Positions 44,233 to 56,889 of a DNA stretch of 64,000 nucleotides are shown here, piece by piece (position 1 is the first letter of the stretch; each line of letters begins with the position of its first letter). Made by a program: the position numbers and the translations under genes. The notes under the pieces are model-generated. The model was not told where the DNA came from and ran no database searches. It was given only the letters and a program-made list of their open reading frames with translations. The DNA comes from the human T2T-CHM13v2.0 reference genome, Homo sapiens: assembly GCA_009914755.4 (NCBI GenBank), contig CP068257.2:27712001-27776000 (forward strand). The letters run 5' to 3'.

Positions 44233-45224
44233 TCTTTCTTTCTTTTCTTAAAGACATTTTTAGGATTTTTTTTTTCCCAAGAAAGGTATTATTATAAGCC
44301 CGTATATAAGATCTTAGGTGTTTAAAAATATTTTTCCTGTTGTCTGAATTGAAAATTCTTACGTTCCACATTGTTTTCCTTAAAACTCTGTAAACATTTC
44401 CTGTGTGTGTATGTTTGAAACTTAATGCTATATGGAAGTATAAGATCATCTTGACTTCGTTTTTTCTTAGTGACCAGGTTTTTTCCAAGTGAATGTTTAC
44501 AAGATGTCTTTCTGTTTTGTAGTTATAAAATAGTTTCAGAATGCTTTATGTGTAATTTATATATTCATCTATTTATTTTGTGGATCATGGGGAGTGAGTC
44601 TTTTTGCTTGCACAGTTAAGGCTTTTTCAGCTCAAATACATTTTCTTTGTTGATGATTTTGGTTATTGCTTTGCTTGTAATTATCTTGGTATTCTCCTAA
44701 GAAAGACACTAAATTATTTAGTTGGCTTTCCAAACTCTCCTTCAAGATCATCATCTTGCTCGTCACTTGTATCTTTGTTTTTCCCTTTTCTTTTAAAAGG
44801 TTCTGAAATTTGCCCTTCACCAGATGCCTTTGATTTGTCATGGTGACATCTGCTTTTCATGTGCTCTTTTTCCCTGCTATTATTCTTTCAGTCTCTCTCC
44901 TCTGCCCTTCCTGCGCACATCATCTGCCTCCTTTTAGTAAGTAGTGTGTTATTATTATGATTTTAAAATCTCAGCTTGAGATTTAATTTAATTTCATCTT
45001 TTCATCTCTTCTTGAGTTCATGTCAACCTATTCACTTTTTGTGACTCCTTGAAGAAGCCAGGCTGTCTTGTGGCCCGTTGAAAGCACCTAGTTTCCTACA
45101 GCTTAATTCTGGTTCTTTCAGTAGATAATTTTCAGAGATTGGTTCTGTCTCTGAGTCTATAGTTGTTGTTCCCTTTTTCCTTAGTCTCATATTGTTTGCA
45201 AGGCCCCATGCTCTCTTTTAAATA

Positions 45225-47757
45225 TTTTAATTTAATTTTATTTTAAGTTCCAGGATACGCGTGCAGAACATTCAGGTTTGTTACATAGGTATACATGTGC
45301 TATGGTGGTTTGCTGCACCTATCAACCCGTCATCTAGATACTAAGCCCCTCACGCCTTAGCTATTTATCTTGATGCTCTCCCTCCCCCTCCCCCACTCCC
45401 CAAACAGGCCCCAATGTGTGTTGTTCCCCTCCTTGTGCCCATGTGTTCTCATTGTTCAGCTCCCACTTATAAGTGAGAACATGGAGTGTTTGGTTTTCTG
45501 TTCCTGTGTTAGTTTGCTGAGGATAATGGCTTCTAGCTCTATTCATGTCCCTGCAAAGGACATGATCTCTTTTCTTTTTATGGTTGCATAGTATTCCATG
45601 GTGTATATGTACCACATTTTCTTTATCCAGTCTATCATTGATGGGCATTTTGGTTAATTCTATGTTTTTGCTGTTGTCGATAGTGCTGCAGTGAACATAC
45701 ATATGCATGTATCTTTATGATAGAATGATTTATATTCCTTTGGGTAGATATCTAATAATGGGACTGCTGAGTCACATAGTATTTCTGGTTCTAGGTCTTT
45801 GAGGAATTGTCACACTGCCTTCCACAATGGTTGAACTAATTTACATTCCCACCAACAGTGTAAAAGCATTCCTATTTCTCCACAGCTTCACCAGCACCTG
45901 TTGTTTCTTGACTTTGAGAATTGTTATTCTGACTGGTGTGAGATGCTGTCTCGTTGTGGTTTTGATTTGCATTTCTCTAGTGATGTTGAACTTTTTTCAT
46001 TTGTTTGTTGGCTGCATAAATGTCCTCTTTTGAGAAGTGTCTGTTCGTGTCCTTTGCCCAGTTTTTTTTTTTTTTTAAGTATTTATTGATCATTCTTGGG
46101 TGTTTCTCGGAGAGGGGGATGTGGCAGGGTCATAGGATAATAGTGGAGAGAAGGTCAGTAGATAAACACGTGAACAAAGGTCTCTGGTTTTCCTAGGCAG
46201 AGGTCCCTGCGGGCTTCCGCAGTGTTTGTGTCCCTGGGTACTTGAGATTAGGGAGTGGTGATGACTCTTAAGGAGCATGCTGCCTTCAAGCATCTGTTTA
46301 ACAAAGCACATCTTGCACCGCCCTTAATCCATTTAACCCTGAGTTGACACAGCACATGTTTCAGAGAGCACGGGGTTGGGAGTAAGGTTATAGATTAACA
46401 GCATCCCAAGGCAGAAGAATTTTTCTTAGTACAGAACAAAATGGAGTCTCCTATGTCTATTTCTTTCTACACAGACACAGTAACAATCTGATCTCTCTTT
46501 CTTTTCCCCACATTTCCCCCTTTTCTTTTTGACAAAACCGCCATCGTCTTCATGGCCCGTTCTCGATGGTCGCTGTCTCTTTGGAGCCGTTGGGTACACC
46601 TCCCAGATGGGGCGGCTGGGCAGAGGCGCTCCTCACTTCCCAGACGGGGTGGCCGGGCAGAGGCGCTCCTCACATCCCAGACGATGCTTTGCCCAGTTTT
46701 TAATTTTTTTTTTTTTGTAAATTTGTTTAAGTTCCTTGTAGATTCTGGATATTAGACCTTTGTCAGATGGTTAGATTGTAAGAATCTTCTCCCATTCTGT
46801 AGGTTTTTTGTTTACTCTGACAGTTTTTTTTCTGTGCAGAAGCTCTTTAGTTTAATTAGATGCCATTTATCAATTTTAGCTTTTGTTGCAGTTGCTTTTG
46901 ACGTTTTCCTCATGAAATCTTTGCCTGTGCCTATGTCCTGAATGGTATTGCCTAGATTTTTTTCTAGGGTTTTTATAGTTTGGGGTGTTAAATTTAAGTC
47001 TTTAATCCATCTTCAGTTAATTTTTGTATGAGGTACAAGGAATGGGTCCAGTTTCAATTTTCTGCATATGGCTAGCCAGTTTTCCCAGCACCATTTATTA
47101 AATAGAGAATCCTTTCTCCGTTGCTTGTTTTTGTCAGGTTTTTCGAAGATCAGATGGTTGTAGATGTACAGTCTTACTTCTGAGATCTCTATTCTGTTCC
47201 ATTGGTCTATGTGTCTGTTTTCATACCAGTACCATGCTGTTTAGGTAATTGTAACCTTGTAGTATAGTTTGAAGTCAGCTAGTGTGATGCCTCCAACTTT
47301 GTTCTTTTTGCTTAGAATTATCTTGGTTATACAGGCTCTTTTTTGGTTCCATATGAATTTTAAAGTTTTTTTTTTTTTCTAATTTTGTGAAGCATGGCAG
47401 TGGTAGTTAAATGGGAATAGTACTGAATTTACAAGTTACTTTGGGCAGCGTGACCATTTTTGTGATATTGATTCTTCCTATCCATGAGCATGGAATGTTT
47501 TTCCATTTGTTTGTGTCCTCTCTGATTTCCTTAGCAGTAGTTTGTAGTTCTCCTTAAATAGGTCCTTCACTTCCCTTGTTAGCTGTATTCCTAGATATTT
47601 TATTCTCTTTGTAGCAATTGTGAATGAGAGCTCATTCATGAGTTGGCTCTCTGCTTGTCTATTCTTGGTGTGTAGAAATGCTTGTGATTTTTGCACATTG
47701 ATTTTTTATCCTGAGACTTTGCTGAAGTTGCTTATCAGCCTAAGAAGCTTTTGGGCT
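45225..47757 (-). mobile_element. L1 (LINE-1) 3' fragment (3' half of ORF2 plus 3' UTR), 5'-truncated, interrupted by an SVA at 46062-46686
   Basis: TTTATTTTAAGTTCCAGGATACGCGTGCAGAACATTCAGGTTTGTTACATAGGTATACATGTGC is the reverse complement of the L1 3' end. ...CATTCCCACCAACAGTGTAAAAGCATTCCTATTTCTCCACA..., ...TTTGTAAATTTGTTTAAGTTCCTTGTAGATTCTGGATATTAGACCTTTGTCAGATGG... The minus ORF at 47478-47696 translates to [24 protein letters not shown] (L1 ORF2p). The L1 ends abruptly at ~47757. Confidence 0.85.
46062..46686 (-). mobile_element. SVA retrotransposon, 5'-truncated (SINE-R plus ~2-3 VNTR-type units plus poly-A), nested in L1, with perfect TSD
   Basis: T(15)AAGTATTTATTGATCATTCTTGGGTGTTTCTCGGAGAGGGGGATGTGGCAGGGTCATAGGATAATAGTGGAGAGAAGGTCAG...TCCTAGGCAGAGGTCCCTGCGGGCTTCCGCAGTGTTTGTGTCCCTGGGTACTTGAGATTAGGGAGTGGTGATGACTCTTAAGGAGCATGCTGCC... 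is the reverse complement of the SVA SINE-R with AATAAA and poly-A. The right end CCTCCCAGATGGGGCGGCTGGGCAGAGGCGCTCCTCACTTCCCAGACGGGGTGGCCGGGCAGAGGCGCTCCTCACATCCCAGACGATG is SVA VNTR/Alu-like-type sequence. TSD CTTTGCCCAGTTTTT at 46052-46066 and 46687-46701. Confidence 0.85.
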
Positions 47758-48379
47758 GCCCAAGCCCCCTTTTTTTTCCCTCCTTAGTCATAAAGGAAAA
47801 AACGATCTAGATTTGGCATCTTCCATAGAAAAGAGGAATAGGTATGTTTGCCTTTCTCACATGGACAGTCGAAGGCGAGTCTTTGTGGGTAGTCCCATCT
47901 AAAGTGTCTAGGAAGCTCCTGTGGACATGGTGCTGGCGTACTGAAGTGGGATCTTCTACTCCTGCTTGATTTTCTGACCTTCTGAGAGTGAGATGGTAAA
48001 AACTGAAATCTCCAGCATGGTCTGCCACTAGAACCTTCATTCTTGCCCTGCCTGCCCCACAGTGCTTAAAATATTAGAACAATATTGCTATTGCTCAAGA
48101 AAGAACCACTTCTGCTAGTGCCAGTGACTCGCTGTTTCTTGAAGGAGTTACAAGCTTTGAAAACATGCAGGAAAATGATGAGGTAGAAACATTCTGATCA
48201 CCTCAAAACAGTACCTGTTCAGTAGTGAAGCCACAGCTTTTTTTTTTTTTTGGTTATTAGCTAGGGCAGACTGATATGGACATTCAAGATGCCATTCACT
48301 TTATTTGGACAAAGCTGGGTGGACTACAGATTGATTTTCACAATTCCACTCCACCTAATTCATGATGAGAAATTCTAAA

Positions 48380-48687
<308 letters not shown>

Positions 48688-48994
48688 TTAGGGTGTTATT
48701 TTTTGCCTGTATAAAGTGTTTTAGCAAGACTTTGGAGGGGGTGCTGTAGGGGGTGTTAACTGGGTACCCTTTAAACAGGAAAGTCCCCATGATGTCATTT
48801 CTGGATTAAAAGGTATGCATATGTAATTGACATTTCTTGAACGTTCATAATTTGCCAAGTACCATGCCCACTGCTTGATAAACATTATCTAACTTAATCT
48901 TTATAATAACCCTATGAAGTCAATGTTATATGGTTTCTATTTGCAGATGAGACACTGGCATAGGAGGGTCAAGTAACCTTCCCAAGGTCATTGA

Positions 48995-49489
<495 letters not shown>

Positions 49490-51108
49490 TAAATGCATTT
49501 GTTACAGAGCAAGTTTTCTACTCATAGGCTGCCTCTTTTAAGGGAGGCAAAGGGAGCTTCCTTTAATCATCCCATTATGAGACAATTCTTTTGACTTAAA
49601 ATTTGCTGCAACCTGTGACCTGGGAAGAGACCATCTAGGCACCACTGTTTATCTTCTACCATCTCATTTCTAGTCCAGCCACCCGGGAGTGAAGTGATCT
49701 GAATCTCTCAAATGCCAGTTGCTTCTTTTTAATCTTGTCTTCTAGGAAAACAATTTATCCTCCTATTAGCAATATAAATTCCAGTGATCTATCCTTGGAA
49801 AAGCCTATTCAAACATAAAAATACTGACTTTGATCTGATAACAACTTCATAAGTATATACTAGGATTCCAATTTAAATTTTGGCTTGTGACTTTTTGAAT
49901 CAGTTCCTTCCTCCTCTATTTCTTAATTAGTAGACCCATGAGAAATCAAAATGGATGAAAGGAAGGGGAGATATGTACAGTTGCTGAATGATAGGATAAC
50001 TTAATAGTTCTTCTTGCATTAGGGGCAGAGGAGCTGTGAAAGAGAAGGGCACACTTTCCTTAAATGCCTGCTCTGTGTCAGGAACTATATTAGATATAAC
50101 TAGTTGGTTCCACTTCAGAACACTGCTAGACCTGAACCAGGACCTACTGACTCATAAAAGTTTAGAGTTGGAAAGAATCTCAAAGGTCATTTAGTCCAGC
50201 CCTCACCCATTCGGTGAGTCCTCCAACAATATGTTATTTTGTGCTTTCTAGTCCCCTTTTGAACTGTGTATTCCCCACTGCAGCTTATTCCATGGTTAAT
50301 AATTCTAATTATCAAAAAGTTTTAGCATACATTGTATATAACTCTGTCTCCAGGTAATGTCCACCCAGGATTCCTCTTTCTATCCTCTATAGCCCAGACA
50401 GTATGATGCCTCCCTGTGGCAATCTTCCAGGTATTGAAAGTTGGACATGAAGTGGCCCACAGGGCTCCTCCAGGCCAAATGTTATCAAGATGAGTTTAGA
50501 CTTAGGGTTAGTGTGACTCGAGACTCACCAGCCACCTTCAGGGTTCCTGCAGCCCTCCACATCTCATTTTTCCCTGTGGCTCTGGGCTAAGTGTGCATAG
50601 TTGATATCATTCCATAGCCCCTTTCCTCTAAATAAATACTTCTTTAGGCATCAAGATGTATTATTATCCATATATTCACTACCATTTAAGTGTCTAAAAA
50701 GTACACATGCTTTATGTATATTAACTTTATCCCACAGAAAATCCTTGGATGATAGGTGTTAGAACTATATGAAACTGTCATCTTTATAGGTCAGAAATGG
50801 TTGAATATTAGCAATTTCAAGTGGCTTAATTATTACAAATCAGATTTGACAGATGAGAAAAATGGAGACTTGGAAATGTTGCATATATCATTCAAGCCCA
50901 CAAAGCCAGCAAGAGGAGGCTGAGGTCTACACCTGAATCTGTCTAGCTCTAAAGTGGGCTTGTCCTGCTGCACGTGCTGTTTCCATATGCATTATCTTGC
51001 AGTTGCATATGCAACATTCAAAGTAAAGATGAAGGGGTCACAGTCTTTTGGAAAGGAAAGAGGAATTTGAGACATTTACATGTTTGCTAAGTAAATCTTT
51101 ATTCCCCA

Positions 51109-51490
51109 TGATGTGGTTTGGCTCTGGGTCCACACCCAAATCTCATCTCAAATTGTAATCCCCGTGTATCAAAGGAGGGACCTGTAATCCTCACGGGTTG
51201 AGGGAGGGAGATGATTGGATCATGGGGACAATTTCCTCCATGCTGTTCTCATAATAGTGAGTGAGATCTCATGAGATCTGATGGTTTTATAAGTGTTTGG
51301 AAGTTCCTCTTTTGTGCTTCTCTCTCCTGCTGCCTTGTGAAGAAGGTGACTGCTTCCCCTTCCACCATGACTGTAAGTTTTCTGAGGCCTCCCCAGCCAT
51401 GTGGAACTGTGAGTCAATTAAACCTCCTTCTTTTGTAAATTACCTGGTCTCAGGTATTTCTTTATAGTAGTGTGAAAACAGACTAATACA
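51109..51490 (+). mobile_element. THE1/MST-family MaLR solo LTR
   Basis: TGATGTGGTTTGGCTCTGGGTCCACACCCAAATCTCATCTCAAATTGTAATCCCCGTGT...GAGGCCTCCCCAGCCATGTGGAACTGTGAGTCAATTAAACCTCCTTCTTTTGTAAATTACCTGGTCTCAGGTATTTCTTTATAGTAGTGTGAAAACAGACTAATACA. Confidence 0.85.
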
Positions 51491-52054
51491 CCCCACTTAC
51501 TATGTGTATGACCTCGAGGAATTTATTGAACCTCCCTGAGAAACAATTAGCTCATCTAAAATTGGGTTATTAATATTTAACTTGTAGTACTTGTGTGAGG
51601 ATGAAGTAGATTGATATTCTGTCAAGCTGCTGCCCAGTGCTCTTCGATGCCTGGCATGTCCTGCTCTACATAGAGTTTTAGCCCATTCACTCACTAACTC
51701 ACCTCTGTCAAAGGTAGCCCAATTTGTTTCTGTAAAGGGCCAGTACTAATAATGTAGGCTTTGTGGGCCAAGAGGAAATTTCCTCAACTCTTTGAGCGTG
51801 TGGTCTTTCTGAAAGGCTAATAGTCCTTTTTATGTTTTACTTTTAAAAATGTAAAAACTATTCTTAGCACACAGCCCATACAAAAATAGATGTCTCCAGC
51901 AGCTTCCCACTCATCTCTCTCTCTCAATATTCCTTCCTCATTCATCCAGAAAACAGGAGCTATCAGATGGGATGGGCTCCCTCTGCCATGCCTCCCTTCA
52001 TGCTGCCCACATTCTCTTTCCTGTCTCTGTTTTTAATTTTAATTTTTAATTTTA

Positions 52055-52339
52055 CTGTTTTGGGACAGGGTCTGTTTCTGTCACCCAGGCTGGAGTGCAG
52101 TTGTGTGATCTTGGCTCACTGAAGCCTTGACCCCCCAACTCAAGCGATCCTCCCACCTCAGTGTCCCGAGTAGCTGGAATTACAGGTGCCCACCACCACA
52201 CCTGGCTAATTTGAAAATTTTTGTAGAGATGGGGCCTCACTCTGTTACCCAGGCTGGTCTCAAACTTCTGTGCTTAATGGTCCTCCCACCTTGGCCTCCC
52301 AAGTGCTGGGATTACAGGTGTGAGTCACCACACCTGGCC
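52055..52339 (-). mobile_element. Alu SINE (older AluJ-like), reverse orientation
   Basis: GGGACAGGGTCTGTTTCTGTCACCCAGGCTGGAGTGCAGTTGTGTGATCTTGGCTCACTGAAGCCTTGACC...TCCCAAGTGCTGGGATTACAGGTGTGAGTCACCACACCTGGCC. Confidence 0.85.
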
Positions 52340-53439
52340 TCTTTTCATCTCTGGTCACAGTGAAGGAGCTCACTGGTCTCCTGACCCAGCCAGCCCCTTC
52401 AATTGTACATTATGTCCTGTTGCCTCCCACTTATTCAGGAATATTGTTCCATCCATCCTCTTCTATCTCCTTTAAAGCACTAATATTTCTTCACTGGATC
52501 TTCCCTATCAACATGCAAACATGCTATGATTTGTCGCATTCTAAAAAATTCCCTTGACTCCACTTTCTCCTCCACCTGCCACTTCATATTTCTCCCAGCA
52601 AAACTCCATGAATGAATTAACTACATAGGCTAACTCCAATTTCACTCTTTCCATTCTTTCTTCACCATTACTCTATCAAGGTCAGTAATGACCTTCAGGT
52701 ACTCCAATGAGCAGTTCTCAGTCCCCCAGGACTGACTTTGCCACAGATGGCCACAGGGTCATTCCCTTCTTTCTCGATGAGCCCTTCACTTGCCTTCTGG
52801 GATACCAGGCTGTACTGCCTTTCCTCCTTAGTTGCTGCTGATTCCTTCTCAGCTTCATGGTCTCTTGATTTTGGAGTCCCAAGGATTAGTCCTTGCATGT
52901 CTTCTATTTTTTTAAATCTGCATTCACTCTCATAGTGATTTTGTACAACCTCATGACTTTAAGGACCATCCATATGTTGATGATTCCTATATGTATATCT
53001 CCAGCCTGACCTGTTTCCTGAACTCCGGATTTATATACCTGACTGTCCATTCAACATCTCCCTATTAGGCATGTCAAACTTAGCATGGCCATAACTCAGC
53101 TCCTTATATTCTATTTCACCACCAACAAGATTGGCTCCTCTCACAATCTTTCTCATCTCTGAAAATCACAACTCTATTCTTCCAATTACTCAGGCTAAAA
53201 CCCTGGCTTTACTCTTTTTGAAAATTATTAAAATCAACTCTATGACATATATGTCCAGTAAACTGTAATGTTTAAAGTGTACAACTCAATGAGTTTGGGT
53301 ATACACCCATAATGCCATTGCCACAATTAATTTACAGAACATTTCTATCTCCCTTTGTCACCCATTCCTCCCTTCAAGTCTGTCCCCAAGAGACCACTGA
53401 TTTACTTTTCATCATGGCTAGTTTACATTTTCCGGAATT

Positions 53440-53880
53440 TTATATAGATGGAGTTATACAGTAGGTACTCTCGTTATGTCTCTTTTACTTAGAGTGAATA
53501 TTTTGATATTTATTCATGTGTGAAATGGTAGTTTGCTTCTTTGTGTTGTGATTAACATTTCATTATATAGACACACCACGATTTGCTTATGCATTCTTCA
53601 TGTGATGAACGTTTGACTTGCTCCCAGTTGTTGGCTATTATGATTAAAGTTGCCATGAACATTCCATAGTGGTCTTTGTGTAGGTATTTGATTTCATTTT
53701 TCTTGAGTAAATCACCTAAGAGTGGCATGTTTGGGTGGGTAGGTGCATTGTGTAGCTTCTTAAGAAACTGCCAAATAATTTTCCAAGGTGGCTGTACCAT
53801 CTTGCATTTCCACGAACAGTGGATTATAGTTCCAGTTCCTCCACATTCTCACTTGACTATATCTTTGCTCTCTTTTTCTC
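53440..53880 (-). mobile_element. Old L1 (L1M/L1P-type) fragment, ORF2 3' region, reverse orientation
   Basis: ...CCCAGTTGTTGGCTATTATGATTAAAGTTGCCATGAACATTCCATAGTGGTCTTTGTGTAGGTATTTGATTTCATTTTTCTTGAGTAAATCACCTAAGAGTGGCATG...AAACTGCCAAATAATTTTCCAAGGTGGCTGTACCATCTTGCATTTCCACGAACAGTGGATTATAGTTCCAGTTCCTCCACATTCTCAC parallels the L1 segment seen at 45560-45900 in this window. Confidence 0.6.
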
Positions 53881-54112
53881 ATGTCCAGCATCCCATTCAT
53901 TAGCAAGTTCTGTTGCCCAAACCTTCAAAATATACCTAGAATCTTATCCCTTTTCATCCTATTACTGTGACCATTTGGGTCTGAGACAGTCTCATCTCTC
54001 ATTGGATTTTTTGCAATAGCTTCCTGCTTGTACCCTTGTTTTCTTCAGTGTTCTAACACAGCAGTTGAAATAAACCTGTTAAAATATAAGCAGCTTCTAT
54101 CATTCCACTGTT

Positions 54113-54356
54113 TTATTTTATTTGAGACAAAGTCTTGCTCTTTCACCCAGGCTGTCATAACCATAGTTCACTGCAGCCTTGAACTCCTGGGCTCAAGTGA
54201 TTCTCCTGCCTTGGCCTCCCAAGTAGCTAGGACTACAAGCACATGCCACCACACCCAGTTAATTTTTAAGTTTTTGTTGTAGAGAGGTGAGTCTTGCTAT
54301 GTTGCCCAGGCTGGTCATGAATTCCTGGCTTCGAGGGATCCTCTTGTCTCAGCCTC
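54113..54356 (-). mobile_element. Old, partial Alu/FLAM-like SINE fragment, reverse orientation
   Basis: TTTGAGACAAAGTCTTGCTCTTTCACCCAGGCTG...CTGCAGCCTTGAACTCCTGGGCTCAAGTGATTCTCCTGCCTTGGCCTCCCAAGTAGCTAGGACTACAAGCACATGCCACCACACCCAGTTAATTTTT...GTTGCCCAGGCTGGTCATGAATTCCTGGCTTCGAGGGATCCTCTTGTCTCAGCCTC. Highly diverged and lacking the 5' (right-hand) end. Confidence 0.7.
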
Positions 54357-54889
54357 ACTCCACTGTTTATAACTCTCAGTGCCTTCCCATCTCAGAGCTG
54401 ATGCCAAGACATCCCAGTGCATATCTGGCCATCCCTCGCACTCTTTACCTTTCCACCCTCCTACTTCTCTTCCCCTCTTTTCTTTCTCTCTATGCTGTTC
54501 TTTGAACACACAAGTATGCTCCTATCTCAGGGCCTTTGCTGATGCTGTTCTAAGGCTCCCTTCTTTCCCAGATATATGTACATGACTTGCATTCTCATTT
54601 CCTTCAGAACTTTACTCCAATGACACTTTTCCTATGAAGCTTTCTGTGATTCTTCCATTTAAAATTGCACCCTCCCCACACTTTGTTTCATTTCCCTACT
54701 TTATTTTTTGTCATTACACTTATCACCATTTGGTATTCAATATATATTTGTTGATCATCTACTGTGTGCTAAGGATCATTCTAGGTCCCAGGGATGAAAA
54801 TTAAATGGAACAGTCAAAACTCTATCATGATAGAATTTGCACATATATTACTAATTTATCTTGCTTCTCAATTGTTTCCCATTCACTAG

Positions 54890-54985
54890 AATAAAAGCGT
54901 TGTGATAACAGGGATGCTATTGGTTTTGTTCAGTGCTGCATCGCTAGTGCCTAGAATGCCTGGCAAATAGTAGGCTCTTAACAAA
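54890..54985 (+). mobile_element. Possible MIR SINE 3' fragment
   Basis: ...CAGTGCTGCATCGCTAGTGCCTAGAATGCCTGGCAAATAGTAGGCTCTTAACAAACA resembles the MIR 3' end (CTTAGAACAGTGCCTGGCACATAGTAAGCGCTCAATAAAT). Weak. Confidence 0.4.
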
Positions 54986-55697
54986 CACCAAGCTGTTGTC
55001 TCTTTTTTTTTCCTTTTTTTTTCCAAATAAAAAAAAGCAATCCTTGCTCCAAGTGTGGAATAGATTGCTGCAGTGTCATACTTTAGACCTTGAGGGAATC
55101 TGCAGCCTGTGAAAACTGAAGACACAATTGAATTGCTAATTAAAGATCGGAACCAGTTCAATTCTATGATCCTCTAAGGAAAGGATTTTAAGTGGTGAAG
55201 TAGTATTAATCTCACTTTCCAGACTACTTATCATGGCAGAGCAAAGTTCTCCTTAGCCCCTTCCAAGACCTTTAGACCAGCCTGAGAGCTGAGTGATGAG
55301 GCTGGCTGCTCCACCAATTGCCCCTTCCTTAGGGGACATGTCTTTTAACACTTCTTTCTAGACCAGTGCTTCCCGAAATATAGTCTCTTGACTACCTGCA
55401 TTAGCATTGATCAACTTAACCACTGAATAAGAATCTCTGGAGGTGGGCTTCTAAAAATCTTCATTTTTTACAAACTCTGGAGGTAGTTGGTTAGAATTTG
55501 AAGCTTGCAATTATTTGTTTTAAAATCTGAGTTAGTGCGTCTGGATCCAGGAGGATTAAATTACTGTACTTGATGGCAGTATGGCAGGAAGCATCCGGGG
55601 GTAAATTACAATGTCCAGGAGAGGATTAGAAGCTTTCATTAAAGCTCAACGTTAGTATTTTTTTGGCTATGCCCTCGTTACAAGTTGAATTTTATAT

Positions 55698-56135
55698 TCC
55701 CCCCAAATGAAGTTCCAACTCACAGCGCCTCAGAATGTGACCTTAATTGGAAATAGGGACATTGCAGATGTGATTTGTTAAGACAAGGTCACACTGAAGT
55801 AGAGTGGGCCCTAATCGGACTGGTGTCCTCATGAAAAGATCTCCATGTGAAGAGACACAGGGAGAATGTTATGTGAAAATAAGGGATTGGAGGGATACAT
55901 CTGTAAGCCAGGGAACACCAAAAATTGACAGCAAATCCCCAGAAGTTAGGAAGAGGCAAGGGTTTTCTCTACAGATTTCAGAGGGAGCATGGTCCTGCTG
56001 ACACCTTGATTTTGGACTTCTAGCCTCCAGAACTGTGAACATTTCTGAACAACACATTTGAAAAATACATTTCTGTTGTCTTAAGTCACCAATTTTGTGG
56101 TACTTTGTTATGGCAGCCCCAGGAAACTCACAGGA
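55698..56135 (+). mobile_element. Old LTR-class interspersed repeat (MaLR/MST-like), copy 2 of the 16490-16935 family
   Basis: CCCCCCAAATGAAGTTCCAACTCACAGCGCCTCAGAATGTGACCTTAATTGGAAATAGGG...TTTTGGACTTCTAGCCTCCAGAACTGTGAACA...CTTAAGTCACCAATTTTGTGGTACTTTGTTATGGCAGCCCC. Confidence 0.5.
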
Positions 56136-56506
56136 AACCTTTATGTTTCACTAACAGCTACAATGATATTGTTGAGATGGGACTGTAGATGAAAGAACAA
56201 GCAGGAGTGATAACTTCAGGGATTTTTAGAACTCAGGAAATTTTAAATGGAGGCTTGAGATTTCCCTAAAGGATAGACAGATAGACCACTGGAAGACTGG
56301 GAAACCAAGAAAAATGTCAACACCTACATGAAAGCTGATGTATGATGTAAGTGGCATTGTTAAATCAGTGAGAAAGCAATGGACTAGATAACATGTAGGA
56401 GTGGGAAAATTGGCTATCCACATGCAAAAATAAAACTAGAGCTCATATAATAATAAGAGTAATCCCTTCCACTGCACTCAGTAGGTGCTGTTCTAAAAGG
56501 TTTTGT

Positions 56507-56582
56507 ATATTCTAATTGCAACTTTACTCTTACCTATGAGTAATATTATATATTCTAATTGCAACTTTACTCATACCTATGA
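56507..56582. repeat. Local tandem duplication, 2 x ~44 bp
   Basis: TATATTCTAATTGCAACTTTACTCTTACCTATGAGTAATAT / TATATATTCTAATTGCAACTTTACTCATACCTATGATTAGG. Confidence 0.7.
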
Positions 56583-56889
56583 TTAGGTACCCATTTACAG
56601 ATTAAGAAACTGGAGTACGTGGAAGTTAAATGACAGGTTAAAAAGTGGCAGAGCTGAGAAGTGAACCCAGGTAGTCTGCCTCCGGACTCCATGCTCTCAA
56701 TCACGATGCCATGCTGCTTTGCATCTCCTAGGGATGTGAACTCAAGGTTCGTTCAACACCTGACTGTGAAAATAGAAACTCTAAAAATTTAGAAGAAAAT
56801 AAAGGATAATATCTTCAAGACTTTAGGGTAGGGAATAAAGAAAACAGAAAACATACAAATTATAGAGATAAATATTGACAACACAAACT

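Noticed and set aside
54745-54850. TATTTGTTGATCATCTACTGTGTGCTAAGGATCATTCTAGGTCCCAGGGATG resembles the 'TTGAGCACCTACTATGTGCCAGGCACTGTGCTAGG' motif of an ancient SINE or LINE tail
   Set aside because: I cannot assign the family (MIR-like, L2-like or other) from memory with confidence, so I left it out of the feature list except for the weak MIR call at 54890-54985.
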